Source: an uncultured bacterium
GTDB taxonomy: Bacteria; Cyanobacteriota; Cyanobacteriia; Elainellales; Elainellaceae
DNA: 64,000 nt
Assembly (NCBI GenBank): GCA_964630955.1
Contig: CAZVXA010000003.1
Span: 13,664-77,663, forward strand
Direction of reading: 5' to 3'
Part shown: positions 29,601 through 37,796 of the stretch, piece after piece
How positions within the stretch are numbered: position 1 is the first letter of the stretch
Layout: each line of letters starts with the position of its first letter
Notes under the pieces: generated by a model
Told to the model about the DNA's origin: nothing
The model's input: the letters and a program-made list of their open reading frames with translations, nothing else
Databases searched by the model: none
Program-made: the position numbers and the translations under genes

Positions 29601-31578
29601 AAACAGACACATCAAAACTAAAGGGAGTTTTTTGTAGAACAACATCGGTTGACGATAAACCGAAAGCTTGCTGCATCCAGGCGAGGCGATTGCTGATACC
29701 GCGGTGGGTATTGATGACCCCCTTGGGAGTACCGGTGGAGCCGGAGGTATAGAGGATATAAATGGCATGATCCGGTTGGACTGCACTCGTGGGGTTATGG
29801 TCGGGTTGTTGGGTAATGATTGAGCGATCGCGGTCTAGACAAATGACCTTGAGGGAGTTGGGAGTTGGGAGTTGGGAGTTGGGAGTTTGGGTAATCAGGA
29901 TAGGGGGTTGAGTGTCGTGCAGGAGCAGGTTGATGCGTTCGGCAGGGTAGCTTGGTTCCAGAGGGACATAGGCAGCTCCTGCTTTCAGGATGGCTAAAAG
30001 GACGATCGCCATGTCCAGCGAGCGAGGTAACAGCATACCGACGGGTCTATCGGGCTGAATTCCCAGCGATTGCAGATAATGGGCGAGTTGATTGGCGTGG
30101 CGATTCAGTTCGGCGTAGGTGAGGGAGTGATGCTCAAAGAGGACGGCGATCGCGTCGGGCGTTTGGGCAACCTGTGCCTCGAATTGCCGATGAATTGGCT
30201 CGGTCGGAAATGCCTGAGTTGCTCCCCGGCTGGCTACCAGAATTGTTTCCTGTTGTGCAGCGGTCAGTAGGGTGATATTTCCCAACGGTTGAGTCACATC
30301 ATGGACGATTTGCTCAAGCACGACTTGCAATTGTTCCAGGATGTAATCAGCGATTTTTACCTCTAAACGAGCTGGATTATAGCTCAATGTGAGTTGTAAT
30401 TCCGCCCCAGTCAAGACCGAAAGCACCACAGGATAATTGGTTTGGGTAAATCCTTCTGCGTTACTAATATGCAGTTGACTTCCCGCCAACCGGAGCAGAT
30501 CTTCGCCAGAAATCGGATAGTTCTCAAACACCACCACGCTCTCAAACAGTGGCATCCCCACCGCCACCTGACTCCAGCGTTGAATGTCGCTTAAGGCAGT
30601 AAATTCGTACTGGGTATGGGCAACCTGCTGTGCCTGCAAGTGTTGTAAGCAGGTCAACACGGTCCTCTGGGGAGACATCTGTATCCGCAGCGGCAGCGTA
30701 TTGATGAATAAGCCCAACATCTGCTCTACCTGGGGCAACTGGGGCGGACGACCCGCCACCGTTACGCCAAATACTACATCTGGTAAACCGCTATAGCGAT
30801 GCAGCCACATTGCCCAGGCTGCCTGCACCAGTGTATTCAAAGTCAGTCGGTGTTGGCGGCTGACAGTGTGCAATTGGGTGGTGAATTCCGGCGAGAGGAG
30901 GAGGGTAGTGGTGCAGGGTGCGGAATTGGCGACAGGGGCGGGGGTGCCAAACGAAATCGGTTCAGTAAAGTCAGCAAGATAGGCACACCAGTACTTTTCC
31001 GCAGCAGCCTGATCCTGTTGTTGCAGCCACAGAATGTAATCACGATAAACCGGAGCCGGGGGTAGCGATCGCACCATTCCCCGATTCAGGGTTTCGTACA
31101 GGGTCAGAACTTCCTGGAGCAAGATCCCGTTGCACCATCCATCCATCAGTAGATGGTGATGACTCCAGATAAACTGATAGCGATCGTCTGTCAACTGAAT
31201 CAAGGTGCAGCGCATCAGGGGCGGTTTCTGGAGATCAAACCCCTGCTGGCGATCGTGTTCCAGCAGTCGTACGAGTTGATCCCGTTGTTCTGTTGCTGTG
31301 AGATGTCGCCAATCCAGAGTGTTCCAGGGCAGTTCTGCTGTGGCGTAGACTACCTGCAAAGGCTTTTCCGTTTCTTCCCAATAAAATGCAGTTCGCAAAA
31401 CAGTATGCCGCTGCACTACTTGCTGCCAAGCCTGCCGAAACGTATCCGGGGTTAATCCCGACTCAATCACGCAATGTCGCTGCTCAAAATAAACCGCCGA
31501 CTTTGGAGAGTACAATGTATGAAACAGCATCCCCTGCTGCATCGGTGAGAGCTCATAAATGTCGGTGATAGCTGTCAT
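23668..31578 (-). CDS. NRPS, two modules: C(DCL-like)-A(Ser)-T-C-A(aliphatic, Val/Ile-like)-T-E
   Basis: 2636-aa ORF. C (YELSPMQQGMLFH; HHHLLMDGWC), A (code DVWHVSLIDK = Ser), T (FFELGGHSLLA), C (PLSFAQQRLWFLAQL; HHIITDGWS), A (code DAWWIGGTFK, closest to the Val/Ile-type xxxxGGTFK codes, uncertain), T (FFELGGDSIRA), E (HHWAIDGVSWRIL). Confidence 0.95.
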   Translation of the reverse strand: MTAITDIYELSPMQQGMLFHTLYSPKSAVYFEQRHCVIESGLTPDTFRQAWQQVVQRHTVLRTAFYWEETEKPLQVVYATAELPWNTLDWRHLTATEQRDQLVRLLEHDRQQGFDLQKPPLMRCTLIQLTDDRYQFIWSHHHLLMDGWCNGILLQEVLTLYETLNRGMVRSLPPAPVYRDYILWLQQQDQAAAEKYWCAYLADFTEPISFGTPAPVANSAPCTTTLLLSPEFTTQLHTVSRQHRLTLNTLVQAAWAMWLHRYSGLPDVVFGVTVAGRPPQLPQVEQMLGLFINTLPLRIQMSPQRTVLTCLQHLQAQQVAHTQYEFTALSDIQRWSQVAVGMPLFESVVVFENYPISGEDLLRLAGSQLHISNAEGFTQTNYPVVLSVLTGAELQLTLSYNPARLEVKIADYILEQLQVVLEQIVHDVTQPLGNITLLTAAQQETILVASRGATQAFPTEPIHRQFEAQVAQTPDAIAVLFEHHSLTYAELNRHANQLAHYLQSLGIQPDRPVGMLLPRSLDMAIVLLAILKAGAAYVPLEPSYPAERINLLLHDTQPPILITQTPNSQLPTPNSLKVICLDRDRSIITQQPDHNPTSAVQPDHAIYILYTSGSTGTPKGVINTHRGISNRLAWMQQAFGLSSTDVVLQKTPFSFDVSVWEFFWTWLNGACLVISQPDGHRDPCYLIDVITHYQVTTIHFVPSMLSLFLDHPDVEKCTSLKRVVCSGEALSIELQNRFWAQLTAQLYNLYGPTEAAIDVSYWHCQPHSLHATVPIGFPIANTQLHILNADLQPVPTGVAGELYIGGVGLARGYWNRPDLTAERFIPNPFAHSLLPTPHSHLYKTGDRARYLPDGAIEYLGRIDDQIKLRGVRIEPGEIETTLRQHPAVTQAIALLNADTSNPQIVGYFTAEAASKFELREIQQFLRDRLPAYMVPAILMQVKAFPLTTTGKIDRRALPAPVLPERDLVQPDRPSPTIELLTVIWQQVLQQEVISIQDSFFELGGHSLLAIQIVSQIQQTFQIELPLRSLFEAPTIAQLSPLIDAARGTQSPTLIQIPPCDRQSPLPLSFAQQRLWFLAQLEPDSTAYLVPAILRLQGNLAIPTLQQSWAIVVQRHESLRTAIPMIDGQPILQVSPTVPTGIPIVDLSSVPATQQTVWVQTLIQQELQQPFSLDHPPLWRVKLLCLNESEFVLVLVLHHIITDGWSMTCLGEELASVYQALYQATQPTLPPLPIQYGDFAVWQRQWLQGDRWQQQLQYWQQHLHNAPPLLELPTDHPRPAVQTFRGQRLQFQLTPGLTRSLRILSQQHQATLYMTLLAAFNLFLYRLTQQTDLVVGTPIANRHYPGVKPLIGFFANTLALRTNLIGNPTFGQMLTQVRQTVLNAHAHQDLPFDQWVEALHPERSLSHAPIFQVLFSLEAAAKSLELPDLTWEPLPLDSGTAKFDLTLILTETTAGLSGHWEYNSDLLDASTIARWHQYWQTLLEQISTSPDQPLSAYALVPAAEQHTLLHTWNLTQRPYPEESVAALFEQQVAQTPDAIALICREQSLTYSTLNQQANQLAHYLRQLGVRAETPVGLYLERSPQAIIGILAILKAGGLYVPIDPSNPRDRVQFLLDDAQVQWVLTATVSLPEATTLLATLGRAGIDLSAVPAPWQHQPTTDLNLELHPDQLAYVMYTSGSTGQPKGVCTPHRGIVRLVKPCEFVAIAVGDRMLQAASLAFDAATWEIWATLLNGATLVIVDQTLPTLAELAKTIQSHQITTLWLTAGLFHLMVEEQIDSFSPVQQLIAGGDVISSQHVQTLLQAHPHCRVINGYGPTESTTFTCCHAIAPEDLTTPSPPIGRPIQNTQVYVLDADLQPVPIGVPGELYISGAGLARGYLNRPDLTAERFLLNPLSEGRSPLASLKTGETEVEVPLVKEDSGGSLLHTPPPHSPLPTSHFPLPTPHSLLYKTGDRVCWQPNGTLRYLGRYDDQVKVRGFRVELGEIETALLQHPEVAQAAVVLHRPTSTDPASLVAYYSPANLTSARLRQFLQTRLPTYLIPSQFIGLDPLPLTPNGKLDRQSLPAPPLHPSNPSPLHPSTPLEQQLVEIWQTVLNLETVGVTDNFFELGGDSIRAIQLVSRVNQTGWQLTPKQLFQQPTIAELIPVLTPLTPTEVEPASLTGAVPLTPIQHWFLAQDLPYPHHFNQAVWLEMGNPWQFAHLHQAVSHLLQHHDALRLRLTPTDAGWSQEILPPSDCVPLLWLDFSAVPERQQPYQIQSIAEQMQASLDLGRGDLVRVAYVDRGNCPHRLLVVIHHWAIDGVSWRILLADLQLLEQQFRQGQAPQLPAKTTSFQRWAERLHHVATQPDFIAAQDVWQTVLLQRHSEIGQHSPTPLPVDHPDGSNRFGDEETLRLSLNPEQTEILLRVVPVVYHTPILEVLLGAIAQGFQRWTGISSLWVDLESYGRDANFTEDLNLSRTVGWFTSLFPICLNLPATSDPGAIVQAMKTQLRAVPQQGIGYGIQRYLTASAANSLASPAEVSVNYLGQFDGSSAVHPGATHHPHNPRSHRLEIIGAIQSGQLHLEWHYSRQQYRATTIAPLAQDCMQALTDLIAASQTVEAPVYNPADFDLTAFDLAPLAQTQLDQILASVNFAPEKTP
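25741..25807. repeat. Heptamer tandem array (GTGGGAA/GTGGGGA), in-frame, in the A6-A7 loop and abutting the 76-nt element
   Basis: tagggaatggggagtgggaagtgggaagtgggaagtgggaagtggggagtggggtggagg..., translated as HTPPPHSPLPTSHFPLPTPHSLL before YKTGD. Confidence 0.9.
25814..25889. mobile_element. Second copy of the 76-nt inverted-repeat element, in-frame in another A domain at the same loop
   Basis: gatccccctgaatcctccttgacgagggggacttcaacttcggtttcccctgttttaagggaggctaggggggatc aligns position by position with 2605..2680. It is translated as SPLASLKTGETEVEVPLVKEDSGGS. Confidence 0.7.
29059..29091. repeat. Heptamer tandem array GTGGGGA-type, in-frame, in the A6-A7 loop
   Basis: gtggga gtgggga gtgggga gtaggga atgggc, translated as AHSLLPTPHSHL before YKTGD. 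Confidence 0.85.
29853..29887. repeat. Heptamer tandem array GGGAGTT x5, in-frame, in the N-terminal part of an A domain
   Basis: gggagtt x5, translated as TPNSQLPTPNSL. Confidence 0.9.
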
Positions 31579-31639
31579 TGTAACTATTGCAAGAGAACTA
31601 TACTGTGTCCCCTAACAAGGAATAGAGGCTGGAGAATTT

Positions 31640-34600
31640 TTAAGATTGCTTTTTCGGCTGGATTTTGGTCAGAAATTGATCTAACTGCGATTGACTCAGC
31701 CGTGCTGCGGTGACATCTGATGGCGTGAAACCACCTGCTTCCGCTGACAGACAATGCTGGATTAATTTTCGCAGAGAGATCAGGAAGGACTCTGCAATCT
31801 GTTCAATAGTAGCGCGATTGTGGAAACGATTGCTATATTGCCAGCAGATTTGAAGTTGTTGTTGCACTACAACACTATTGAGAACCAATACATGCGATCG
31901 CTGATTACGTGGATGTTGCAAGATGCCAGGGGATTCTGGCGCAAAGCCGAGGCTAAAACGGTTGTTGGGCAGGCGATCAATCTGTCCCAAATAGTTGAAC
32001 CGAATTTCAGCCGCAGGCATGGGGGGCATGGGCGAGGGGCTACGTCCATAGCGCCAGACTCCATAACTTAATCCATGATCAGGCACCTGACGCAATTGCT
32101 CTTTGACGGCTTTCAGGCTGGCTCCCGGATCGGTCGTTGAACGCAAATCCAACACCACCGGGTAGAGAGCTGTTAACCAACCAATGGTGCGCGTCAAGTC
32201 CAGATTGGCATCGTTTACTACTCGTCCATGAGATTCCAGGTCAACTCGCAACTGACGCGATCGCGTCCACGCTGCCAAACTCTCTACCAGCGCCGTCAGC
32301 AATACCTCGTCCACCCGGTTGCGGTAGGCTCTAGGAACATCCTGAAGTAATTGCTGAGTCAGCGTTTCATCCAGATATTGCTCTACTACTGCCGCTGTTG
32401 CCATCGTATTCATCGTGGCTGGTGCTGGATAGTCTACTGGTAAGGGTGGAATGGCGATCGCCGCCATTTTTGTCCAATATTCCAACGTTGTCGTAGGCAT
32501 CTCAGCCTGGGCAAGAATCATTAAATGCTGTGCCCAAACGTGTAAGGGAGTGGTATGGTCAGGCAGTTGTAGAACCTGTCCCTGCTCCAGTTGCCCATAA
32601 GCCAGTGCCAGATCGGACAGCAAAATCCGCCAGGACACTCCGTCCACGACCCAATGATGCAGAATCCAGAGCAAGTAATCGGGCTGGTTATGACCCAAGC
32701 GGATCAGCACCAGACGGGCTAAATCTCCGGTGGCAAGGTCAAGACTGGCTTGCAGGGCGTTTGCTACCTGCGTCATCATTGTGGGTTGAACTACAGGTGG
32801 TAAATTCGACAAATCCAGTTCCAGTAAGGGTGGTGGTGCCTGATTCCCATAGGTTTGTTGCCAACCCTGCCCAGTCTGCATCAGCCGTAAACGTAGGGCA
32901 TCATGCTGTTTCCAGAGGAAATGCCAGCCTTGGCGTAAGATCTCTGAATTCAGCCCAGGAACAACCTTTAGCAGAATGGTTTGGTTGTAGTGGTTGAGGT
33001 TGTGCAAATTTTGCTCAACTAGCCAGTATTGGATGGGCAGGAGAGGGAGAGGGGAGAGGGGAGAGGGGAGAGGGGAGAGGGGAGTAGAGTTTTGAATGTT
33101 GTGGTTTAAATGTTGGATTGAGGCGAGTTGGGCGATCGTTTGGTGTTGAAAAATTTGTTGTGGTGTGAAGGCGAATCCAGCCTGATTGGCTCTGGTAATG
33201 AATTGCAAGCTGAGAATGGAATCACCCCCCAACTCGAAAAAGTTGCTGTGGATCCCAACGGAAACACCGAGCAATTCTTGCCAGATCTGGACAAGTTGTT
33301 GTTCGATTTCGGTTTGGGGTGCGTTTTGATCGGTAGCAATCGGGTTAAATGTGGGGCAGGGGAGGGCATCGCGATCGATCTTCCCGTTGGCAGTGAGTGG
33401 GAACTGTTCTAGCCAGACCCAGTAGGCTGGATGCATATATTCTGGCAGTTTGGGGGCAAGGAAAGACCGTAATTCTGCAATGTTTGGGGGAGATTGACCC
33501 GAATCGGCAACCAGGTAGGCAACCATGCAGGGCTGTTGGCTGGGTGCAATCTGGCAAATGATCAATGCCTGGGCAATTGCCGGATGCTGGGTTAATGTGG
33601 CTTCAATTTCACCGGGTTCCACACGAAATCCCCGCAGTTTGATCTGGTGATCCAGTCTGCCCAGGTAGGTCAGGGTGCCATCAGGGAGCCAGCGGACGCG
33701 ATCGCCAGTTTTGTAGAGTAAGGGAGTGGGGAGTAGGGAGTAGGGAGTAGGTGTACTTTCCCCATTCCCCATTCCCCATTCCCCATTCCCCCGGAAAGGG
33801 TTGGGGATGAAGCGATCGGCGGTGAGGTCGGGCCGATTCAGGTAGCCACGGGCAACGCCAGCACCTCCGATGTAGAGTTCACCGGGTACACCGATGGGAA
33901 CCGGTTGGAGGTGACGATCGAGGACATAGAGTTGGGTGTTGGGAATCGGGCGACCAATGGGCACTTGAAATGGTTCTGGGGCGTTTGGTTTTGACGTTTC
34001 GGAGCGGTCTGATTCATGCACACAACAGCCAACCACTGTTTCCGTCGGACCGTATTCATTGATCAGGCGGGTTTGGGGGGCATAGGTGCGCCACCAGGTT
34101 AAATGGGCTTCGGTTAAAGCTTCGCCACCGATGATCAAGGCTCTGGGTGAATGAGGATGGGGGGATGGGGGCAGTAAGGCGCTTAAGCCATCAAGATGGG
34201 CGGGAGTGAGTTTGATCAGGCTGAAATTGGAGTGGGTTTGCAGTGCTTGATGCAGGGCGAATACCTCATTCGTTTCTGGCAACAAATAAACAGTTTGTCC
34301 AACCAGGAGCGGCGCGTAAAGGCTAGTTATCGTAGCATCGAAGCCAATGGATGATTGTACGGGAGCACCGATCCCTTCAGTGATCGTGTATGCCTGACAA
34401 CACCAATGCAAATAATTCGCCAATCCGGCATGGGTCAGCAGTGTTCCCTTGGGTACCCCCGTAGACCCAGATGTATAGATCACATAAGCCAGACTCGTCC
34501 CAGCCAACGGCAGATCCAGGTTGTGATCGTTCTGTGGTAAGGTGTCCGGCTCTAAGCATTCTGCCTCCAAAGACAAAATGGGTGCGGTTGCCGGAATCTT

Positions 34601-36487
34601 AGGCGCGAGGGTTGTTGTGGTGAGAATCAGTCGGGGTTGGGCATCCGTCAGCAAAAATGTCAGGCGATCGCGCCCCAGACTGACATCCAGTGGCACATAG
34701 GCACCACCTGCTTTCCAAATCGCCAACAATGCGACTAGCAGCAAGGGCGAACGCTTCAGGTAGACCCCAACCAGGGTTTCCGGACCCACTCCCCGCGACC
34801 GCAAAACCGCTGCCAGGTGACTTGCCTGATAATTGAGTGCAGCGTAAGTGAGGGATGATTCCCCGCAAACGACGGCGATCGCGTCCGGTGATTGGGCTGC
34901 CTGCACTTCGAACCGTTGATGCACAAAAGGGGTGAGCAGGGATGGATCAACTCGCCCACAGCCCCAATCCTGCAACTGTTGAATTTCTGCTGCTGGCAGG
35001 ATGGGAACCTGGCAAAGGCGTTGCTGTGGATCGCGGACGAGATGTTCTAGCAGCACTTGAAATTGTTGTACCATACGGGTGATCGTTTCAGCACAAAACA
35101 AATCCAGGCTGTATTCCACCACTGTTTGAATGCCATCCGGCTGCTCAATTAAATGCCAGGTTAGATCAAACTTGGTGCTGCCCAAATCTCGCCAGGTTTG
35201 AGTCAGTGTCACATTTGGCAGTTGCACCTCCGGAGCCACGGCATTTTGCAATTGGTAGGTCTGGTTCTGAAACTGAAACATCACCTGGAACAGGGGATTG
35301 TGACTGAGATGGCGATCGGGTTGCAGCAATTCCACCACCTGGCTGAAGGGCATTTCCTGGTGGGTAAAAGCCTCCGCAACCGTCTGATGCACCTGCCCCA
35401 GCAAGTCACGAAAGCTACCCTGCTCGACTAACCGCGATCGCAATACCAGAGTATTAACGAAAAAACCAATCAATCCCTCCAGTTCTGGGCGATCGCGATT
35501 GGCAACGGGCACCCCCACGGTGATATCCGTCTGCTCAGTGTAACGATATAGCAACAGTTTGAATGCCGCCAGCAACACCATAAACACCGTCACTCCAGCC
35601 TGCCGCGCCGTCTGTTTCACACCATCCAATAGCGCGATTGGCAGTTGGGTGGCGATCGTTTTTCCCCTACCGCTGGGGAGCGCCGGACGCGGGTAATCTG
35701 TGGGTAGCTCCAACACGGCTAAATCTGCTAACTGTTGTTGCCAATAGGCTTGATGCTTTTCCCTCTGCTTACGACTCTCTGCGTGGATCGGGCTATCCTG
35801 CTGCCACTGTTGCCGTTGCCACAAAGCATAGTCACCATACTGAATCGGTAATTCCGGTAACGTTAGCGGTTCTCCCCGCACGATCGCCTCGTAGAGTTGG
35901 GCAAATTCCCGCAGCAACACCCCCCGTGACCAACCATCCGCAATCAAATGATGCAAAGTCAGTAATAGTGTCCAGGTTGCCGATTGCTGAATCAGGGTAG
36001 CTCGCAGCAAGGGTGCCTGACTCAGGTTAAAGGGTAAGCGGGTTTCCTGATCCGCCACGCGATCGCCCACCTGCGGTTGCTGCGCTGGCGATAATGCCCG
36101 CAAATCAATTACAGGCATTGTCAACTGCAACCCAGAAACTACCTCCGGCGTGGGCTGTCCCAGTACCTCCGTAATCCTCGTCCGCAAACTTTCATGCCGT
36201 GCCACGATCTCATTCAGGCTGGCTCGCACCGCAGTAGGTTCCAACTTGCCCGTAAACTGCCAGACGATCGCGATATGGTAGGCCGCACTCCCAGGAGTCA
36301 TCTGCTGCACAAACCAGAGTCGCTCCTGCACTGGAGATAAGCACAAGGGATCGTTGCTCTGCCGCTGTGGGATAGGAGAATGCATCCTCGCAGCAGGCGA
36401 TCGCGTCGCTGTCTTTTGCTGAAGCTGCTTGAGTAACGCTTGTTGGGCAGGGGTGAGGGCGGCAAGTCGCTGGTTAAAGTCATTCAT
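31640..36487 (-). CDS. NRPS, one module: C-A(Asn)-T-E
   Basis: The track ORF is 31640..36589. I trimmed the start to the ATG that opens MNDFNQRLAALTPAQQALLKQL (about 36485-36487), because the upstream 34 codons lie inside a MITE-like repeat. Motifs: C (LSPVQERLWFVQQ; HHLIADGWS), A (LAYVIYTSGSTGVPKG; code DATKIGEVGK = Asn), T (FFELGGDSILS), E (HHWVVDGVSWRIL; GGFTPSDV). Confidence 0.93.
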   Translation of the reverse strand: MNDFNQRLAALTPAQQALLKQLQQKTATRSPAARMHSPIPQRQSNDPLCLSPVQERLWFVQQMTPGSAAYHIAIVWQFTGKLEPTAVRASLNEIVARHESLRTRITEVLGQPTPEVVSGLQLTMPVIDLRALSPAQQPQVGDRVADQETRLPFNLSQAPLLRATLIQQSATWTLLLTLHHLIADGWSRGVLLREFAQLYEAIVRGEPLTLPELPIQYGDYALWQRQQWQQDSPIHAESRKQREKHQAYWQQQLADLAVLELPTDYPRPALPSGRGKTIATQLPIALLDGVKQTARQAGVTVFMVLLAAFKLLLYRYTEQTDITVGVPVANRDRPELEGLIGFFVNTLVLRSRLVEQGSFRDLLGQVHQTVAEAFTHQEMPFSQVVELLQPDRHLSHNPLFQVMFQFQNQTYQLQNAVAPEVQLPNVTLTQTWRDLGSTKFDLTWHLIEQPDGIQTVVEYSLDLFCAETITRMVQQFQVLLEHLVRDPQQRLCQVPILPAAEIQQLQDWGCGRVDPSLLTPFVHQRFEVQAAQSPDAIAVVCGESSLTYAALNYQASHLAAVLRSRGVGPETLVGVYLKRSPLLLVALLAIWKAGGAYVPLDVSLGRDRLTFLLTDAQPRLILTTTTLAPKIPATAPILSLEAECLEPDTLPQNDHNLDLPLAGTSLAYVIYTSGSTGVPKGTLLTHAGLANYLHWCCQAYTITEGIGAPVQSSIGFDATITSLYAPLLVGQTVYLLPETNEVFALHQALQTHSNFSLIKLTPAHLDGLSALLPPSPHPHSPRALIIGGEALTEAHLTWWRTYAPQTRLINEYGPTETVVGCCVHESDRSETSKPNAPEPFQVPIGRPIPNTQLYVLDRHLQPVPIGVPGELYIGGAGVARGYLNRPDLTADRFIPNPFRGNGEWGMGNGESTPTPYSLLPTPLLYKTGDRVRWLPDGTLTYLGRLDHQIKLRGFRVEPGEIEATLTQHPAIAQALIICQIAPSQQPCMVAYLVADSGQSPPNIAELRSFLAPKLPEYMHPAYWVWLEQFPLTANGKIDRDALPCPTFNPIATDQNAPQTEIEQQLVQIWQELLGVSVGIHSNFFELGGDSILSLQFITRANQAGFAFTPQQIFQHQTIAQLASIQHLNHNIQNSTPLSPLPSPLSPLPLLPIQYWLVEQNLHNLNHYNQTILLKVVPGLNSEILRQGWHFLWKQHDALRLRLMQTGQGWQQTYGNQAPPPLLELDLSNLPPVVQPTMMTQVANALQASLDLATGDLARLVLIRLGHNQPDYLLWILHHWVVDGVSWRILLSDLALAYGQLEQGQVLQLPDHTTPLHVWAQHLMILAQAEMPTTTLEYWTKMAAIAIPPLPVDYPAPATMNTMATAAVVEQYLDETLTQQLLQDVPRAYRNRVDEVLLTALVESLAAWTRSRQLRVDLESHGRVVNDANLDLTRTIGWLTALYPVVLDLRSTTDPGASLKAVKEQLRQVPDHGLSYGVWRYGRSPSPMPPMPAAEIRFNYLGQIDRLPNNRFSLGFAPESPGILQHPRNQRSHVLVLNSVVVQQQLQICWQYSNRFHNRATIEQIAESFLISLRKLIQHCLSAEAGGFTPSDVTAARLSQSQLDQFLTKIQPKKQS
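33041..33085. repeat. Heptamer tandem array AGAGGGG x6, in-frame, in the T-E linker
   Basis: gagagggagaggggagaggggagaggggagaggggagagggg, translated as PLSPLPSPLSPLPLLP. Confidence 0.9.
33717..33792. repeat. Two opposed heptamer arrays (GGGAGTA-type, then CCCCATT x4), in-frame, in the A6-A7 loop
   Basis: agtaagggagtggggagtagggagtagggagtagg ... tttccccattccccattccccattccccattccccc, translated as RGNGEWGMGNGESTPTPYSLLPTPLL before YKTGD. Confidence 0.9.
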
Positions 36488-36498
36488 ATTGGAATAAA

Positions 36499-36653
36499 AA
36501 CCATTTTGATTTGTGAGAGGGGTGCAGGGACTTCGATGTGAGCGCTTACGCCGAAGTTCGAATGGTGGAACCCCCTTCGGCTTGAGCACTCAGATCGCAA
36601 GCTGTGTGGGGGCACCGCCCTCACACCCCCTTTTCACAACCGATTGAGGATTG
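36499..36653. mobile_element. MITE-like inverted-repeat element, copy A (carries an extra 37-nt internal hairpin)
   Basis: It aligns along its length with 39979..40099: ...ttgatttgtgagaggggtgcag...gtggaacccccttcgg.ttgagc.ctcag.tcg.aagctg.gtg...cacaaccgatt.aggattgct. The ends are inverted repeats (ttgtgagagg / cctctctcacaa-type). Copy A has an additional ggacttcgatgtgagcgcttacgccgaagttcgaat insert, and its left terminus is degraded. Confidence 0.7.
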
Positions 36654-36666
36654 CTATAGTTCTTCA

Positions 36667-37029
36667 TCAAGATAGTACCAAGCCTGGTTCTTGCGGCTCA
36701 CACTGGTAGCGGTCGATCGCCTCCCGATGTTCCCGCACCCGAATCAACCCAAATCGAAAATCTGCCTCCCAGTGGAATTGTGCCCGATTTAACCGCCCTA
36801 AAATTTGCCCGAACCACAATCGCGTAAACCGAGCCGCGTCACGGGATGCTAGGGCAGAAACCACCCCGGCCTTCGGGAAGGTTTCCCAGATCAGCAATAC
36901 ACTACTCGCCAGCGAAAGCCCCAACAAAATTACAAGCAGCAATACTGCTTTACCCCTTTCAGCCAATTGCCAGTAAGGGAATGCCACCCGCCAAAACCGA
37001 TGCCAGGACAGGCAATCGACTCTAGCCAT
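36667..37029 (-). pseudogene. Remnant of an ABC transporter permease (ABC_membrane_2 / SbmA-BacA-like fused permease-ATPase type)
   Basis: 120-aa ORF. The N-terminus (WHRFWRVAFPYWQLAERGKAVLLLVILLGLSLASSVLL) looks like the start of cyanobacterial fused ABC permease/ATPase proteins. The C-terminal part (HWEADFRFGLIRVREHREAIDRY) matches the EADFRF-LVR-RENAE-I-FY motif, which normally sits about 150-200 residues further in. There is no ATPase domain. This pattern implies an internal deletion plus a 3' truncation. Confidence 0.5.
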
Positions 37030-37049
37030 TCAAAATCCAGTAGTTTTTC

Positions 37050-37796
37050 CTAGAACTTTAGCACCAATGGCATATCCAGCGATCGCAAATCTAACTGCTT
37101 ATTCTGTTGATGGTTATCAAACGTCAACTCCAGCAGCGGCGATGAGCCTGACACCAGAGTCAAAATTTGCGTTTCTGCTAACAACCGCATGGGCGGTGAT
37201 TGCGGCTTGGTATATTTCATCTTGAGTACGGCATGGGTCAGGTCTTCCATGCCTAAAGGATGGGAGACTCGCCGACGATAACTTTCCAGGTCGCTATTAA
37301 TCAGTACGGGGAGGCTAAGTGCTTCCGGTACCACAAAACAGAACGGGGCGGTCTGGTCTGCCAGGTTATCCGTCGAAAAACTGAGGGCTAAGCCATCCAT
37401 TGGCGGCAAGGCCGCTCCTGCCTGACGGGGAAAGCGGCGCGATCGCACAAACTTCCCTCCATCCGCACGATGCCGTAGCGCAATCCCAAAAGGTGAAGCT
37501 CTAGATCGCTGCCACCGCGTGCGTGCAGCAAAATCTAACCCAGTTCTGAGCGCAAACTGATTTGCCATTGCCAGATCGACAACAGCCACAAACTCCAAAT
37601 ATATCTGAGAAAAGAAAATAACCCGCGACACGGTGCCGCGATCGGGATAGGACAACGTCGATTCGCTACAGACTACCCCAAGTTCCTGCAACTGAGAGAC
37701 AGGGGGCAACTCAGGCAAACACAGGCAAATATGATCAACCTCTAGCAAACCTTGTTGACAGTGCTTATGATTAGTTTCCGTTAATTGAACAGGCAC
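37050..37796 (-). CDS. Glyoxalase-like (VOC superfamily, Glyoxalase_3-like) domain protein
   Basis: 248-aa ORF. LEVDHICLCLPEL...LQELG...YPDRGTVSRVIFFSQIYLEFVAVVD resembles the DH-(L/I)-V...GT-N-...YLE-I pattern of glyoxalase-like domains. The assignment rests on motif memory only. Confidence 0.4.
   Translation of the reverse strand: MPVQLTETNHKHCQQGLLEVDHICLCLPELPPVSQLQELGVVCSESTLSYPDRGTVSRVIFFSQIYLEFVAVVDLAMANQFALRTGLDFAARTRWQRSRASPFGIALRHRADGGKFVRSRRFPRQAGAALPPMDGLALSFSTDNLADQTAPFCFVVPEALSLPVLINSDLESYRRRVSHPLGMEDLTHAVLKMKYTKPQSPPMRLLAETQILTLVSGSSPLLELTFDNHQQNKQLDLRSLDMPLVLKF

Noticed and set aside
33041-33085. Heptamer and other short tandem arrays considered as CRISPR arrays
   Set aside because: The units are 7 nt, directly abutting with no spacers, and they lie in-frame inside long ORFs. 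There is no CRISPR repeat-spacer architecture and there are no cas genes.
36488-36589. N-terminal 34-codon extension of the NRPS at 31640 (MLKPKGVPPFELRRKRSHRS...)
   Set aside because: The extension is encoded entirely by the MITE-like repeat. The downstream ATG gives an N-terminus (MNDFNQRLAALTPAQQALL) analogous to MSDLYQQLATLSPEQRALF of the NRPS at 8426..15784.
37050-37796. The 248-aa ORF considered as a type II thioesterase, a PPTase or an MbtH-like partner of the cluster
   Set aside because: It has no GxSxG nucleophile elbow and no PPTase or MbtH motifs. The N-terminal DH-xLxxP...YLE pattern fits a glyoxalase-like fold better, though only weakly.
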